A stretch of 64,000 nucleotides of DNA from Monocercomonoides exilis PA203. Its lineage: Eukaryota; Protista; Preaxostyla. Location of the stretch: assembly GCA_001643675.2 (NCBI GenBank), contig LSRY02000016.1:62001-126000 (forward strand). Reading direction: 5' to 3'. Shown here one piece after another: positions 26,501 to 36,043 of this stretch; the first letter of the stretch is position 1; each line of letters starts with the position of its first letter. A model generated the notes under the pieces. It was not told where the DNA came from and did not search any database. It saw only the letters and a list, made by a program, of their open reading frames with translations. The position numbers were made by a program, and so were the translations under genes.

Positions 26501-27850
26501 TGCAGGCTTCGCAAAAGGAAATCCAGTGCAACAATCAATTCCAATCCAGGCCCTTTCCTCCTCTTCAATTGATCCTGTTGTGCTAGCTGCCCAAGATCCA
26601 TTCAACAAAATGCCTCTCAATTCTGCTTTCTGTGCCGCTTCCAGGCAATGAGGCCAATGGACATCCACCCAGCACAATTGAAGAAGCCGAGAATAAATAA
26701 ACACTATCAGTACCATCCAGGTTTCAACAGACAAGAGCAATGATGCCAACTTCGATGAAGAACTTTGCAAGGGAAAGAGAGCATTCTGGCAGTGTCGCCA
26801 AAGGCGAAGATGAAATAAAGCCTAAGCATGCTAAAACAGAAGCAAGAACAAAATAAATCAGGTTCCTCATTTCTGTTTCTTCACATCGTCTGATCAATAG
26901 ACCATTCGACACATTCTCCTTGGCATTCACAGAACTCTCGCTGTTCTTGCAACTCTCTTCACTTTCATTCCACCCCTTTTTGCAACTGTCCTTTCATCTC
27001 TCACAAAAAAAGAAAAAAGAATTCATTCCATTCGCTGCTGTTGTCTTTGCCCTTGCATATCAAGTGAGCAGATGTTTCAAAGTCAAACATGGGGACTTGA
27101 CTATTCCACAATGATAATGAACAGATGCTTCACAATTTCTCACAAAAATGTTTCATCTGGACTGGGAATGAGATAGATACAGAGAGGAATGGAGATGCTG
27201 GTGTTTCTGTTGTCACTTCTTCGCACCTTGTAAACATAATCCAGTGATATAGGAACACTTGTAATTATTCGTGATTTCGCAGTCACTTCCTGATTTGTTG
27301 AAATGGCAAAGATGCTTCTGTTCCATTTGGCTATGTTTGCTCCAAAGGTTGAAGATATCATGAAATCTGGATTTTCATTCATCAGCCGAATAAGGATTCC
27401 TCCTCACAGTCCGCGCAATATTGAACAAAAGCACTCATCAAAATAGCCTCATTTCACACTGATTTCATTTTCATCTCTGCGCACATCATCATCCACCCTC
27501 TGTTGGCTGATGTTATGCTTTCGCATCTAGAAAATGAGCAAGAATTCATGTCGATGTTTGCCTTCATCATTGGAAAACAAAATTCCAGCTGCTCTGCTGG
27601 TTGTTCTTTCTATTCCATCAAATGCACATTCTGAAAGTGACAAGACAACTGTGCTTGTTAAAGATAACAAAAATTAAGAAGTGACAGAGATAGACTTTGC
27701 CCGGTTCATATTTTCCCCATCTGTAACGACTCATTCTGAACATTTATCTGAGCTGCGGAAAATGCTGCGTTTTCGGTCTGTCCACTTCCAAAAGATGTGT
27801 TTATCATGTTCATGCCTCTTTCTTCTGCCCCTCTCATTTCCATCATCCTC
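23600..27850 (-). pseudogene. Heavily decayed coding-like DNA, probably remnants of GGAI-repeat surface-protein family genes
   Basis: Coding-like GC content but only short broken ORFs; minus-strand fragments STIGGIISSC, ANNVILIIPSGIF and DCEEESLFG resemble motifs of the 2642 protein. Confidence 0.4.
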
Positions 27851-28566
27851 GAATCACGATTATTCGGTTGAGTCTAATCATACAAAAGAGCAAGGCCACT
27901 GACGGATAAAATGCTTGTCAAGATAGAAAAAAAAGAAGTATAGGCTTTTTCAAATTCTATTTGCTCCGTTCTGCTTTTGTCATTTTGATGCAAACAAAAT
28001 AAAAAAGCATGCCCCAGGACGTATGAAAAGGCATCCTCCAAATAACAATCACGATTGCATGCCCGTAGGTGTAATTCCGTCTTCTCCAAAAAAAATTCTA
28101 TTTGCAGGAATGTGAGTGCAATTCAAATTATCAAATGTAGAAACTGAAAAAAATACATCCAAAAACAAACTTTGAAAAACAATTTTCTTTAATTATTACG
28201 CATGTTTGTAATGAACAGAGTAACAACAGTTCCCAGGATTTTTGTGGGAAATATGAGAAAGGGGCATTTGTTTTTCAAACAAATCTTGTTTGCCATCATT
28301 CAAAATAATGATTTTTTCGTGTAAATAACTTATTTCCTCATTTCAGCCAATGGCCATCAGCCAATTTATTCTATGACCAAAAGGCTGTTCACAAAAAACA
28401 ACAAAACGAAATAAAAAGATATGAATCAAACAATTGTGGGTTGTTTTCTGATCGATCTGATCATGCAGCCATATTAACGAGTCTGATCTGCCGGTTTTTT
28501 TGAATCGACCGCAAACGCTGTTTCTGAATCCAACCGACGTGTCAGCGCTGCAGGGGCATAGAAGCA

Positions 28567-31332
28567 ATGAGTTTTCAACGAGAACACGAAAAAGAAGTGA
28601 TTGACAAAGCGAAATCCGATCCAACTGCCATGGATAAAGATGGAAGGACAGAGGCGATGAACTGGATCATGAAAAAGAAAACAGAGCCTCCAGCGCACAT
28701 GCGGCACGATATAACGCTTGGGGGCAAAGACGGGTGGACGATGGCGATGCACTGGATTCAATATGTACAAACAGAACCACCGCTGTGGATGAGGCACGAC
28801 AACACGCTGGGCAGCCGCAGCGGAGCAACAATGGCCATGCTGTGGATAGGGAGCGTGAAAAAAGAGCCGCCAGAGTGGATGCGGCACAGCACCACGCGAT
28901 GCGACGCGATGGGATGGACGATGGCCATGCACTGGATTCGGTTTGTACAGACGGAGCCGCCGGAGTGGATGCGGCATGGCACAACACTTCAAGACAAGAA
29001 CAACAGGACGATGGGGATGCACTGGATGGAGTTTGTGCAGACGGAGCCACCGGCGTGGATGAGGCATGACAACACGCTTGGGGATGAAGACGGGAGAACA
29101 ATGGGGATGAAGTGGATCATAGAGAAGAAGACAAAGCCACCAAAATGGATGAGGCACGACGCTGCACTTGGGGACAGCAATGGGACCACGATGGCCATGT
29201 ACTGGATCAGCTGCGTGAAGACAGAGCCGCCAGAGTGGATGAGGCATGAAGCCACGCTTGAGAACAAGAAAGGATGGACAATGGCTGTGTTCTGGGTTGC
29301 AAGCGTGAAAAAAGAGCTGCCGTTGTGGATGAGGCACAACGCCGCGCGTTGGGACGGAACAAAAAGGACACTGGCCATGCATTGGATTCAGTTTGTGCAA
29401 ACAGATCCGCCAGAATGGATGAGGCACGAAGCTGGACTTTGCGACAACGATGGATGGACGATGGCCATGCACTGGATAAGATATGTTAAAACAGAGCCGC
29501 CGTTGTGGATGAGGCACGACATCACACTTTGCGACAAAAATGGGTGGACAATGCCCATGCTTTGGAAAATATCTATTGAAGCTGAACCGCCAAAGTGGAT
29601 GACTTATGACAATACAGTTGGTGATGAAGACGGGTTGACTATGGCGATGAACTGGATTATTGATAAAAAAACTGAGCCTCCACTGTGGATGAGGCATGAA
29701 AAAACGCTTTGCAATAAAGACGGATGGACAATGGCCATGATATGGATTCAAGAAGTCCAAACAGAGCCACCAGTGTGGATGAGACATGACATCACACTTG
29801 GCGATAATGACGGATGGACGATGGCCATGATATGGATTCAGTTTGTTCGAACAGAACCACCAGAATGGATGAGGCATGACATTTCACTTGGCAATAAAGA
29901 CGGATGGACAATGGCGATGAACTGGATTATCGATAAGAAAGCAGAACCACCGATGTGGATGAGACATGATGAAACACTTAAATCTGAGAAGGGAAATACA
30001 ATGGCAATGCTGTGGATTCAGTTTGCCAAGGCAGAACCACCAGAGTGGATGAGGCATGAAAAAACACTTGCGGATGAGGACGGATTCACAATGGCGATGA
30101 ACTGGATTGCTGAAAAGAAAACAGAACCGCCAGAATGGATGAGGCATGAAAAAACGCTTTGCAATAAAGACGGATGGACAATGGCCATGCTGTGGATTCA
30201 AGAAGTCCAAACAGAGCCACCACCGTGGATGAGACATGACATCACACTTGGCAATAAAGACGGAGATACAATGGCCATGATATGGATTGCAAATGTTAAG
30301 ACAGAACCATCAGAATGGATGAGACACGATGCAGCGCTTAAAGATAACAATGGAAGTACAATGGCGATGACGTGGATTCAGTTTGTCAAGACAGAGCCAC
30401 CAGAGTGGATGAGACATGACAATACACTTGTTGATAAGGATGGATGGACAATGGCGATGATATGGATTCAGTCTGTGCAAAAAGAGCTACCAGAATGGAT
30501 GATGCATGAAAAAACGCTTTGCAATAAAGATGGATGGACAATGGCGATGATGTGGATTGCAAATGTGAAGACAGAACCTCCAGAATGGATGAGACATGAT
30601 ATCACACTTCGAACTGAGAAAGGAAATACAATGGCGATGATATGGATTGAGAATTTGAAGAAAGAGCCACCAGAATGGATGAGGCATGACAATACACTTG
30701 GAAATAAAGGCGGATGGACAATGGCCATGATATGGATTCAAGAAGTCCAAACAGAGCCACCAGTGTGGATGAGACATGACATCACACTTGGCGATAATGA
30801 CGGATGGACGATGGCCATGATATGGATTCAGTTTGTTCGAACAGAACCACCAGAATGGATGAGGCATGACATTTCACTTGGCAATAAAGACGAAGTAACA
30901 ATGGCGATGATGTGGATTGCAAATGTGAAGACAGAACCTCCAGAATGGATGAGACATGATATCACACTTCGAACTGAGAAAGGAAATACAATGGCGATGA
31001 TATGGATTGAGAATTTGAAGAAAGAGCCACCAGAATGGATGAGGCATGACAATACACTTGGAAATAAAGACGGATGGACAATGGCCATGATATGGATTCA
31101 AGAAGTCCAAACAGAGCCACCAGTGTGGATGAGACATGACATCACACTTGGCGATAATGACGGATGGACGATGGCCATGATATGGATTCAGTTTGTTCGA
31201 ACAGAACCACCAGAATGGATGAGGCATGACATTTCACTTGGCAATAAAGACGAAGTAACAATGGCGATGATGTGGATTGCAAATGTGAAGACAGAACCAC
31301 CAGAGTGGATGAAGACTGATAATTCTGCGTAA
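28567..31332 (+). CDS. Intronless 921-aa protein of 30 tandem 30-aa repeats (consensus DGWTMAMxWIxxVxTEPPEWMRHDxTLxxx); ankyrin-like hairpin plus first helix
   Basis: Intact ORF: 24-aa leader, 29 full units and a 27-aa last unit; no signal peptide or TM helix. Confidence 0.9.
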   Translation: MSFQREHEKEVIDKAKSDPTAMDKDGRTEAMNWIMKKKTEPPAHMRHDITLGGKDGWTMAMHWIQYVQTEPPLWMRHDNTLGSRSGATMAMLWIGSVKKEPPEWMRHSTTRCDAMGWTMAMHWIRFVQTEPPEWMRHGTTLQDKNNRTMGMHWMEFVQTEPPAWMRHDNTLGDEDGRTMGMKWIIEKKTKPPKWMRHDAALGDSNGTTMAMYWISCVKTEPPEWMRHEATLENKKGWTMAVFWVASVKKELPLWMRHNAARWDGTKRTLAMHWIQFVQTDPPEWMRHEAGLCDNDGWTMAMHWIRYVKTEPPLWMRHDITLCDKNGWTMPMLWKISIEAEPPKWMTYDNTVGDEDGLTMAMNWIIDKKTEPPLWMRHEKTLCNKDGWTMAMIWIQEVQTEPPVWMRHDITLGDNDGWTMAMIWIQFVRTEPPEWMRHDISLGNKDGWTMAMNWIIDKKAEPPMWMRHDETLKSEKGNTMAMLWIQFAKAEPPEWMRHEKTLADEDGFTMAMNWIAEKKTEPPEWMRHEKTLCNKDGWTMAMLWIQEVQTEPPPWMRHDITLGNKDGDTMAMIWIANVKTEPSEWMRHDAALKDNNGSTMAMTWIQFVKTEPPEWMRHDNTLVDKDGWTMAMIWIQSVQKELPEWMMHEKTLCNKDGWTMAMMWIANVKTEPPEWMRHDITLRTEKGNTMAMIWIENLKKEPPEWMRHDNTLGNKGGWTMAMIWIQEVQTEPPVWMRHDITLGDNDGWTMAMIWIQFVRTEPPEWMRHDISLGNKDEVTMAMMWIANVKTEPPEWMRHDITLRTEKGNTMAMIWIENLKKEPPEWMRHDNTLGNKDGWTMAMIWIQEVQTEPPVWMRHDITLGDNDGWTMAMIWIQFVRTEPPEWMRHDISLGNKDEVTMAMMWIANVKTEPPEWMKTDNSA
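28639..31329 (+). repeat. 90-bp coding tandem array (30 units) with a 360-bp higher-order duplication (30541-30900 / 30901-31260)
   Basis: atggc(c/g)atg...tggat...cc(a/g)gagtggatgaggca recurs every 90 bp with no indels. Confidence 0.95.
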
Positions 31333-31511
31333 GTGTTTGTTTCATTTGCATTGAAAATATTTTTTTTTTCGATGCCCCGAATAAACGAACAGATTAGCAA
31401 GCATCCAATAAAGGTTATTCCACAGCCTATCGAAATGCAAGGCTTTTCTTTCTTGCTTTTTTCTCCTTCTTTCTTTCTTTGAAGGCATTTCACTATTTTA
31501 TAAAAAATCTG

Positions 31512-32916
31512 GGCAAATTCTAAATATAACGGAAATTCATAAATCGGTGTTTTATTAAGTTTTTCAAGTTTGAAAAGTGTTATGTGTTAATTGGTGTCAG
31601 AATAACTTAATATTATTTTGAAATATCAGAAGGCAACATGAAAATATTCCGTTTAATTGTTTATTGTGAACAATTAATTATCTTCATATTCTGAAGCATC
31701 CATTCCATCCTCAGCCCCTGATTCATCATCCTCTATTTCACTTTCATCATGAACGCCAAGAATGTCATCTGCATCTGGAATTTCTTCGTCTATTTCTTCG
31801 ATTTCTTTTTGATCAGAAATAATAATGGGCTGATTTTCAGGCTGTAATTTTATTAATTCAAAAAATAGATCTTCGAAATTAATGTTTAAATTACGTTGAA
31901 CAAGCCACATTGATAAGCAATCAGCAATAAATGTTTTTCTGACGCCATGGTGTGGGAAAAAACCCCTTAAATGATTCCAGAGACCTTCCACAGTATTCGT
32001 GCACGCCTTTGTCATAGGATCGACAAAGTTTCTCTTGTGACAAACAGTCAAGTGTGTGTATCCACATTCTCCGAGGCAAGAATAACTTTTCCATTCATCG
32101 CTGAAAATGGTTGTCCCTGGGAGAATCCATTTTTTTAAAATCGGGATTAATGTTTCTTTAGAACGATCGGGTCCTATCATTACGAAATTTCTTCCTGCGC
32201 CTCCACCTTCTTTTCTTTATACTACACCGAATATCCATAAAAGATCCTTTTTTCTTACTCTCGCATGTTTTCTCCTCCTCCAAACTGCCTCATCGATTTC
32301 TACCACTTTTCCAAGCCCTCCAATTTTCTCCATCGATTGGTTCCAAATCCTTGTGCAAACAACTCTTATGACGCTTTTCCAATATCCAATTGTGAAGTTA
32401 GACACATCTGTCAACATATTAATATGCTTTGTTGCCAATCCAATCCAGCTGCATAAAATAACAATCATTATTTTGTGAAATGGCAATTTGCTTTTACTGA
32501 ATACTGTTCCGTGCAAAAATGATCGTTTTAATCTGCAAGATGAGCAATGGAAATATCGAAAATTTATTCGTTCGCTGTATATTTTCATATCTTTCCTGCA
32601 TTTTGAGCATTTTTTCGGTTGATTCGAAAAAGCTTTTTCAAAAAACCACTTCCAGGCTTTATCAGCATCATGAAATATATTGGACAATTCAGCAATAGAA
32701 ATTTTTTTACTCTATTGCTTCAGGAAATTGTATCGCAAGAAAGATCATAACCCATTGACATGTGAAAAACTATCATTTCAAAAATTAATGTATATGAATA
32801 TCAAAAAAATAAATTTTTTCAACGAAAAACAATTTCATAAACAACCAATGTTGACTTAGTTGTATTTTAAAGCATTAACAATCAAAATAAAATTTCCGCT
32901 ATATTAACAATATGCC
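31512..32916 (-). mobile_element. Full-length Merlin (IS1016/IS1595-like) DNA transposon, 1405 bp
   Basis: TIRs ggcaaattctaaatataacggaaatt and (revcomp) ggcatattgttaatatagcggaaatt (22/26); perfect 8-bp TSD AAAATCTG at 31504-31511 and 32917-32924; internal ISXO2-type transposase. Confidence 0.92.
31674..32687 (-). pseudogene. Merlin/ISXO2-like DDE transposase with an in-frame TAA at 32217-32219
   Basis: CxxC..CxxC zinc ribbon, IGGLGKVVEIDE, WIFGVV*R, GTTIFSDEWKSY, HLTVCH, TNTVEGLW; the two ORF-track pieces share one frame. Confidence 0.9.
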
Positions 32917-33050
32917 AAAATCTGAATACACTTCAAACGAATAACATTTTGATCTCCTTCCAATTTGCTTTTGATATTTTTCATTTCATCTCACTGCCTT
33001 AAGCAAATCACGTCGACTCTTCATTATGTTATTTAATTTTTTTCTTTATA

Positions 33051-33479
33051 CAGTCAAGCTCGGTTATAATCACAATCCATTTTGCATGATTTTTTGTGAT
33101 TATAACCGAACTTGATTATAACCGAACCATCTTTTTCATTGAAAAGTTTTTCAGAAAAAATTTTTTTGAAGATTAAAAAAGAAAATTTTCAATATTTATT
33201 TAAATCCACACATTTGAATCGATTTTTCAATTTTTAATGTTTTAATGAAAATTTTTGTTCATTATAAAGCAGAAAAAAACAACTTTCATTTTTTCAAAAA
33301 TTTCAAAATATACAGAAAAATACCCATAAATTTTCAAATTTTGTGATTATTCACGATTTTAGTGTGATTATAACCGATGAAATTACACAAGGAAAAATGC
33401 AAAATTTATCGATGCACGAAAAATTGTGATTATTCGCGGTCTTGATTACAACCGAGGTGATTATAACCGAGCTTCACTG
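33051..33479. mobile_element. 429-bp Tc1/mariner-pogo-type MITE with 23-bp TIRs and TA TSD
   Basis: TA|cagtcaagctcggttataatcac ... gtgattataaccgagcttcactg|TA (1 mismatch); several internal tgattataaccga copies. Confidence 0.92.
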
Positions 33480-33734
33480 TATTATATTATTTTTTTTATT
33501 GCATGAACATACAAAACGCGTACCAAATTTTTTAACTTAATAATCATAACAGAAGTTCCATTTGATGATTCTGTAAATATTCAGCACGAAACATTTTGCG
33601 AAAAGTAATGTGCGTGAAAAAATGTCTTGTTTTTTCGCAAAAACTTTAAATAATAAACTATATTGATTATTCAAATTCCGAAGAATTTTCTCCTATTCCA
33701 GCTCCAAATGGATCTGAATCCTCGCTTTCTGATA

Positions 33735-34268
33735 TATGGGTAATTATTTTTGAAATCATAACTTTTTTCGGAGTGTTGATTTTTCAAAGGTTGTTTGTCA
33801 TTGGGAAGAGATTTAATATTCAAATGCAAAAATTATCACAACTGTCTAAAAAACAACTGTTTTAACCGAATTATAGATGAAAACGCCTTTTATAAGCCTT
33901 TTCTGTTTTCAGTGTTCATTTGGGGGTAAATACGGTCTTTCAAGCTTATTTTGCACAAAGCACAAATAAATTGCTTCATTCATAACTTTCTTTCGCTTTC
34001 TCAGATTTCGAAATGAATATGATTTTAATATCCTTTAACATGCATCATTGAAATCAAAATATAGAGAATTGTGTCATTTCACGAATTTCAAATAATCGAC
34101 CCATTTTTCTAAATTTTTTTGTTCTCAAAGAGTCAATGAAAAGTTCATAATTTTTCAATGAAAATTCATGGAGTGAAATATTTTACCCCATTTGTTAATG
34201 TTAAAGGGAATTTTTGAAAACCGAAAATTTTGTTCGAAAAAATAAGATTTTAAAAATAATCACCCATA
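33735..34268 (+). mobile_element. 262-bp TATGGG-TIR MITE, copy 2, containing a nested GGGG MITE
   Basis: TA|tatgggtaattatttttgaaatc ... gattttaaaaataatcacccata|TA; removing the nested insert plus one TSD leaves 262 bp. Confidence 0.85.
33922..34189 (+). mobile_element. ~268-bp GGGG-terminal MITE, copy A
   Basis: attt|gggggtaaata ... tattttacccc|attt; homologous to the reverse complement of 35133-35400. Confidence 0.85.
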
Positions 34269-34844
34269 TAAGAATTTTCTTTGTATCTTCTTCATCTTCA
34301 ATTCCCAAAATGTCATTTTCATCTGGACATTCTTCGTTTTCATCAACTTCTTCATCATTTATTTCCAATTCAAATTCTTCTTCAGATTGAATATTTTTGC
34401 TTTTTCAATAATTTCTCCATAGGATAGTTGACCTGATCGTTTCACAATGAACGTTGCAAACACTCCATAAATGAATCGCTCTCTCACTCCTTATCTTGGG
34501 GAAAAAGATCGTTAACGCTCCCCTATTCCATCGATTATGTTTGTGTTGTCATTCGTGACAGGATCAACATCATGACACTTGTGGCAGACAGTTTGGCCTC
34601 TGAATCCCATTTCTCCCAAACAAGAAAAAACTTTCCACTCGTAGCTTGTGATTGTTGTTCCTTCTTTTATTCGATATTTTATAATTAAGATTTCGGTTTC
34701 TTTTTTTCGACATGGTGCAGTGTCCACAATTTTTTTTCATAAATCTTCTTCACCTTTTAATTCGACAGCTCTAAATATCCTCATCAATATAGTTGTCTTC
34801 CAAATTCAAAAATTTATTAAATTCAAAATGAATATTTGGGGTGA

Positions 34845-35008
34845 ATTTTAGCATTGGTGTAACTGCGTCCCTTTTGCAATTCTTGTTTTTAAACATTAAA
34901 TTTGAGATGTTTGAATAGCAAATTTTATTTAAAAACTTTTGTATGGACCGATTTTTTGCAAAACTTTGTGCTTCTTGTTAAAAAACTTTTTTTAAAAAAT
35001 GACCCATA
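34845..35008 (-). mobile_element. 5'-end fragment of a pogo-like element (TIR plus first ~17 codons)
   Basis: Reverse complement aligns with 35933-36095; ATG at 34896 gives MFKNKNCKRDAVTPMLK versus MNKNAICKRSAFRPMPEK. Confidence 0.7.
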
Positions 35009-35132
35009 AATCTGAGTATTTTTTCAAAATTTTAATAAAAATTGATAGTTTTGAAACAAAAAGTAGATGAAAGGTTATTTATTATAATATTGTCCTATTT
35101 TAATAATAAAAATTTTGAGAAATAAAACATTT

Positions 35133-35400
35133 GGGGAAAAATATTTGACTTTAGGCATTTTCGAAGAAAAATTCTGCACTTTTCATTGACTTTTTTATAT
35201 CAAAAAACAAAATAAAAATGGGTCCATTTTTTGACATTCGTGAAATGTCACAATTTTTTATGTTTCGATTTCAACGATGCCTGTTTACGGATGTGAAAAT
35301 CTTATTTATTTCAAAATCTGTGTGAGCGTAATAAAGAAATGATTGAAGCAATTTTTTAATGCTTTGTGCAAAAAAAGCTTGAAAGTCCGTTTTTTCCCCC
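35133..35400 (-). mobile_element. ~268-bp GGGG-terminal MITE, copy B
   Basis: attt|ggggaaaaata ... gtccgttttttccccc|attt; same length as copy A, opposite orientation. Confidence 0.85.
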
Positions 35401-36043
35401 ATTTAAAAAAAAATAAATTATTAAATTTGAAATATTTTGATAAATCCCACGATTAAATTTTTAATATCCAAAAAAAAAGAGTATGAGATGTCATAATGAA
35501 TTGAAAAACATTCAACTTCAAAGGCAAACATGCAGATAAATCTATATCAAATAATGATTAGAGTTATTGATAAATATTCTTCACATAGTTGATAAAAAAC
35601 AATAAAATCAACGATTGAACAAAAGTATCGAATTAATTTAAGCATGTTTAACATTAAAACTTATTATACTATTTAATAATATTGCACATTAAAGAATATA
35701 TGAAAAATATAATAATAATCGCTCAAAAAAGCATAATCAACTTTTCATATTGTGTCAAATTTTATTGTGGGTCTGATCAAAGATATTTTATTAAATTTTT
35801 TATTTTCAATTAATATTTTTGTGATGAAAATAAACAAATAAAATAAATTTATATTATAATGAAAACTCATTGGATGTCCAAAAATCACGTTTTCTTTTCA
35901 ATTTGAATATTTTTCGATGAAATTCATGTTTTTATGGGTCATTTTTCAAAAATCATTTTTTTCAACAAGAAAAATTTTTTTCGAAAAATCGGTCCATAAA
36001 AAGTTTTTAAATAATTGTTATCTATCTATTCATCATAATAATA

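Larger units (their letters stand above)
33667..34830 (-). pseudogene. Second, more decayed Merlin transposase remnant, interrupted by nested MITEs
   Basis: IKEGTTITSYEWKVFSCLGEMG..TVCHK..VDPVTNDNTN is homologous to 31674; the acidic tail resumes left of 33733 (SESEDSDPFGAGIGENSSEFE*). Confidence 0.8.

Noticed and set aside
27850-28560. Short repeats and hairpins upstream of the repeat gene (aatcacgatt x2, gcatgccc x2, ttccca..tgggaa) as a structured RNA
   Set aside because: Too short to exceed chance; no tRNA/snRNA signature recognised. An Infernal/Rfam scan would be needed.
28474-31227. Long antisense ORFs (467, 117, 126 aa) over the repeat gene
   Set aside because: Shadow frames produced by the repeat's codon composition; they break wherever sense-strand variants create stops.
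28639-31329. Regular repeat array as a CRISPR array or ncRNA array
   Set aside because: Units are in-frame 90-bp coding repeats without unique spacers; no cas genes; eukaryotic context.
34922-36016. ~90-bp inverted repeat as the TIRs of one foldback element
   Set aside because: Similarity ends at the TATGGG termini on the inner side and continues outward into homologous transposase starts, so these are two back-to-back 5' ends.
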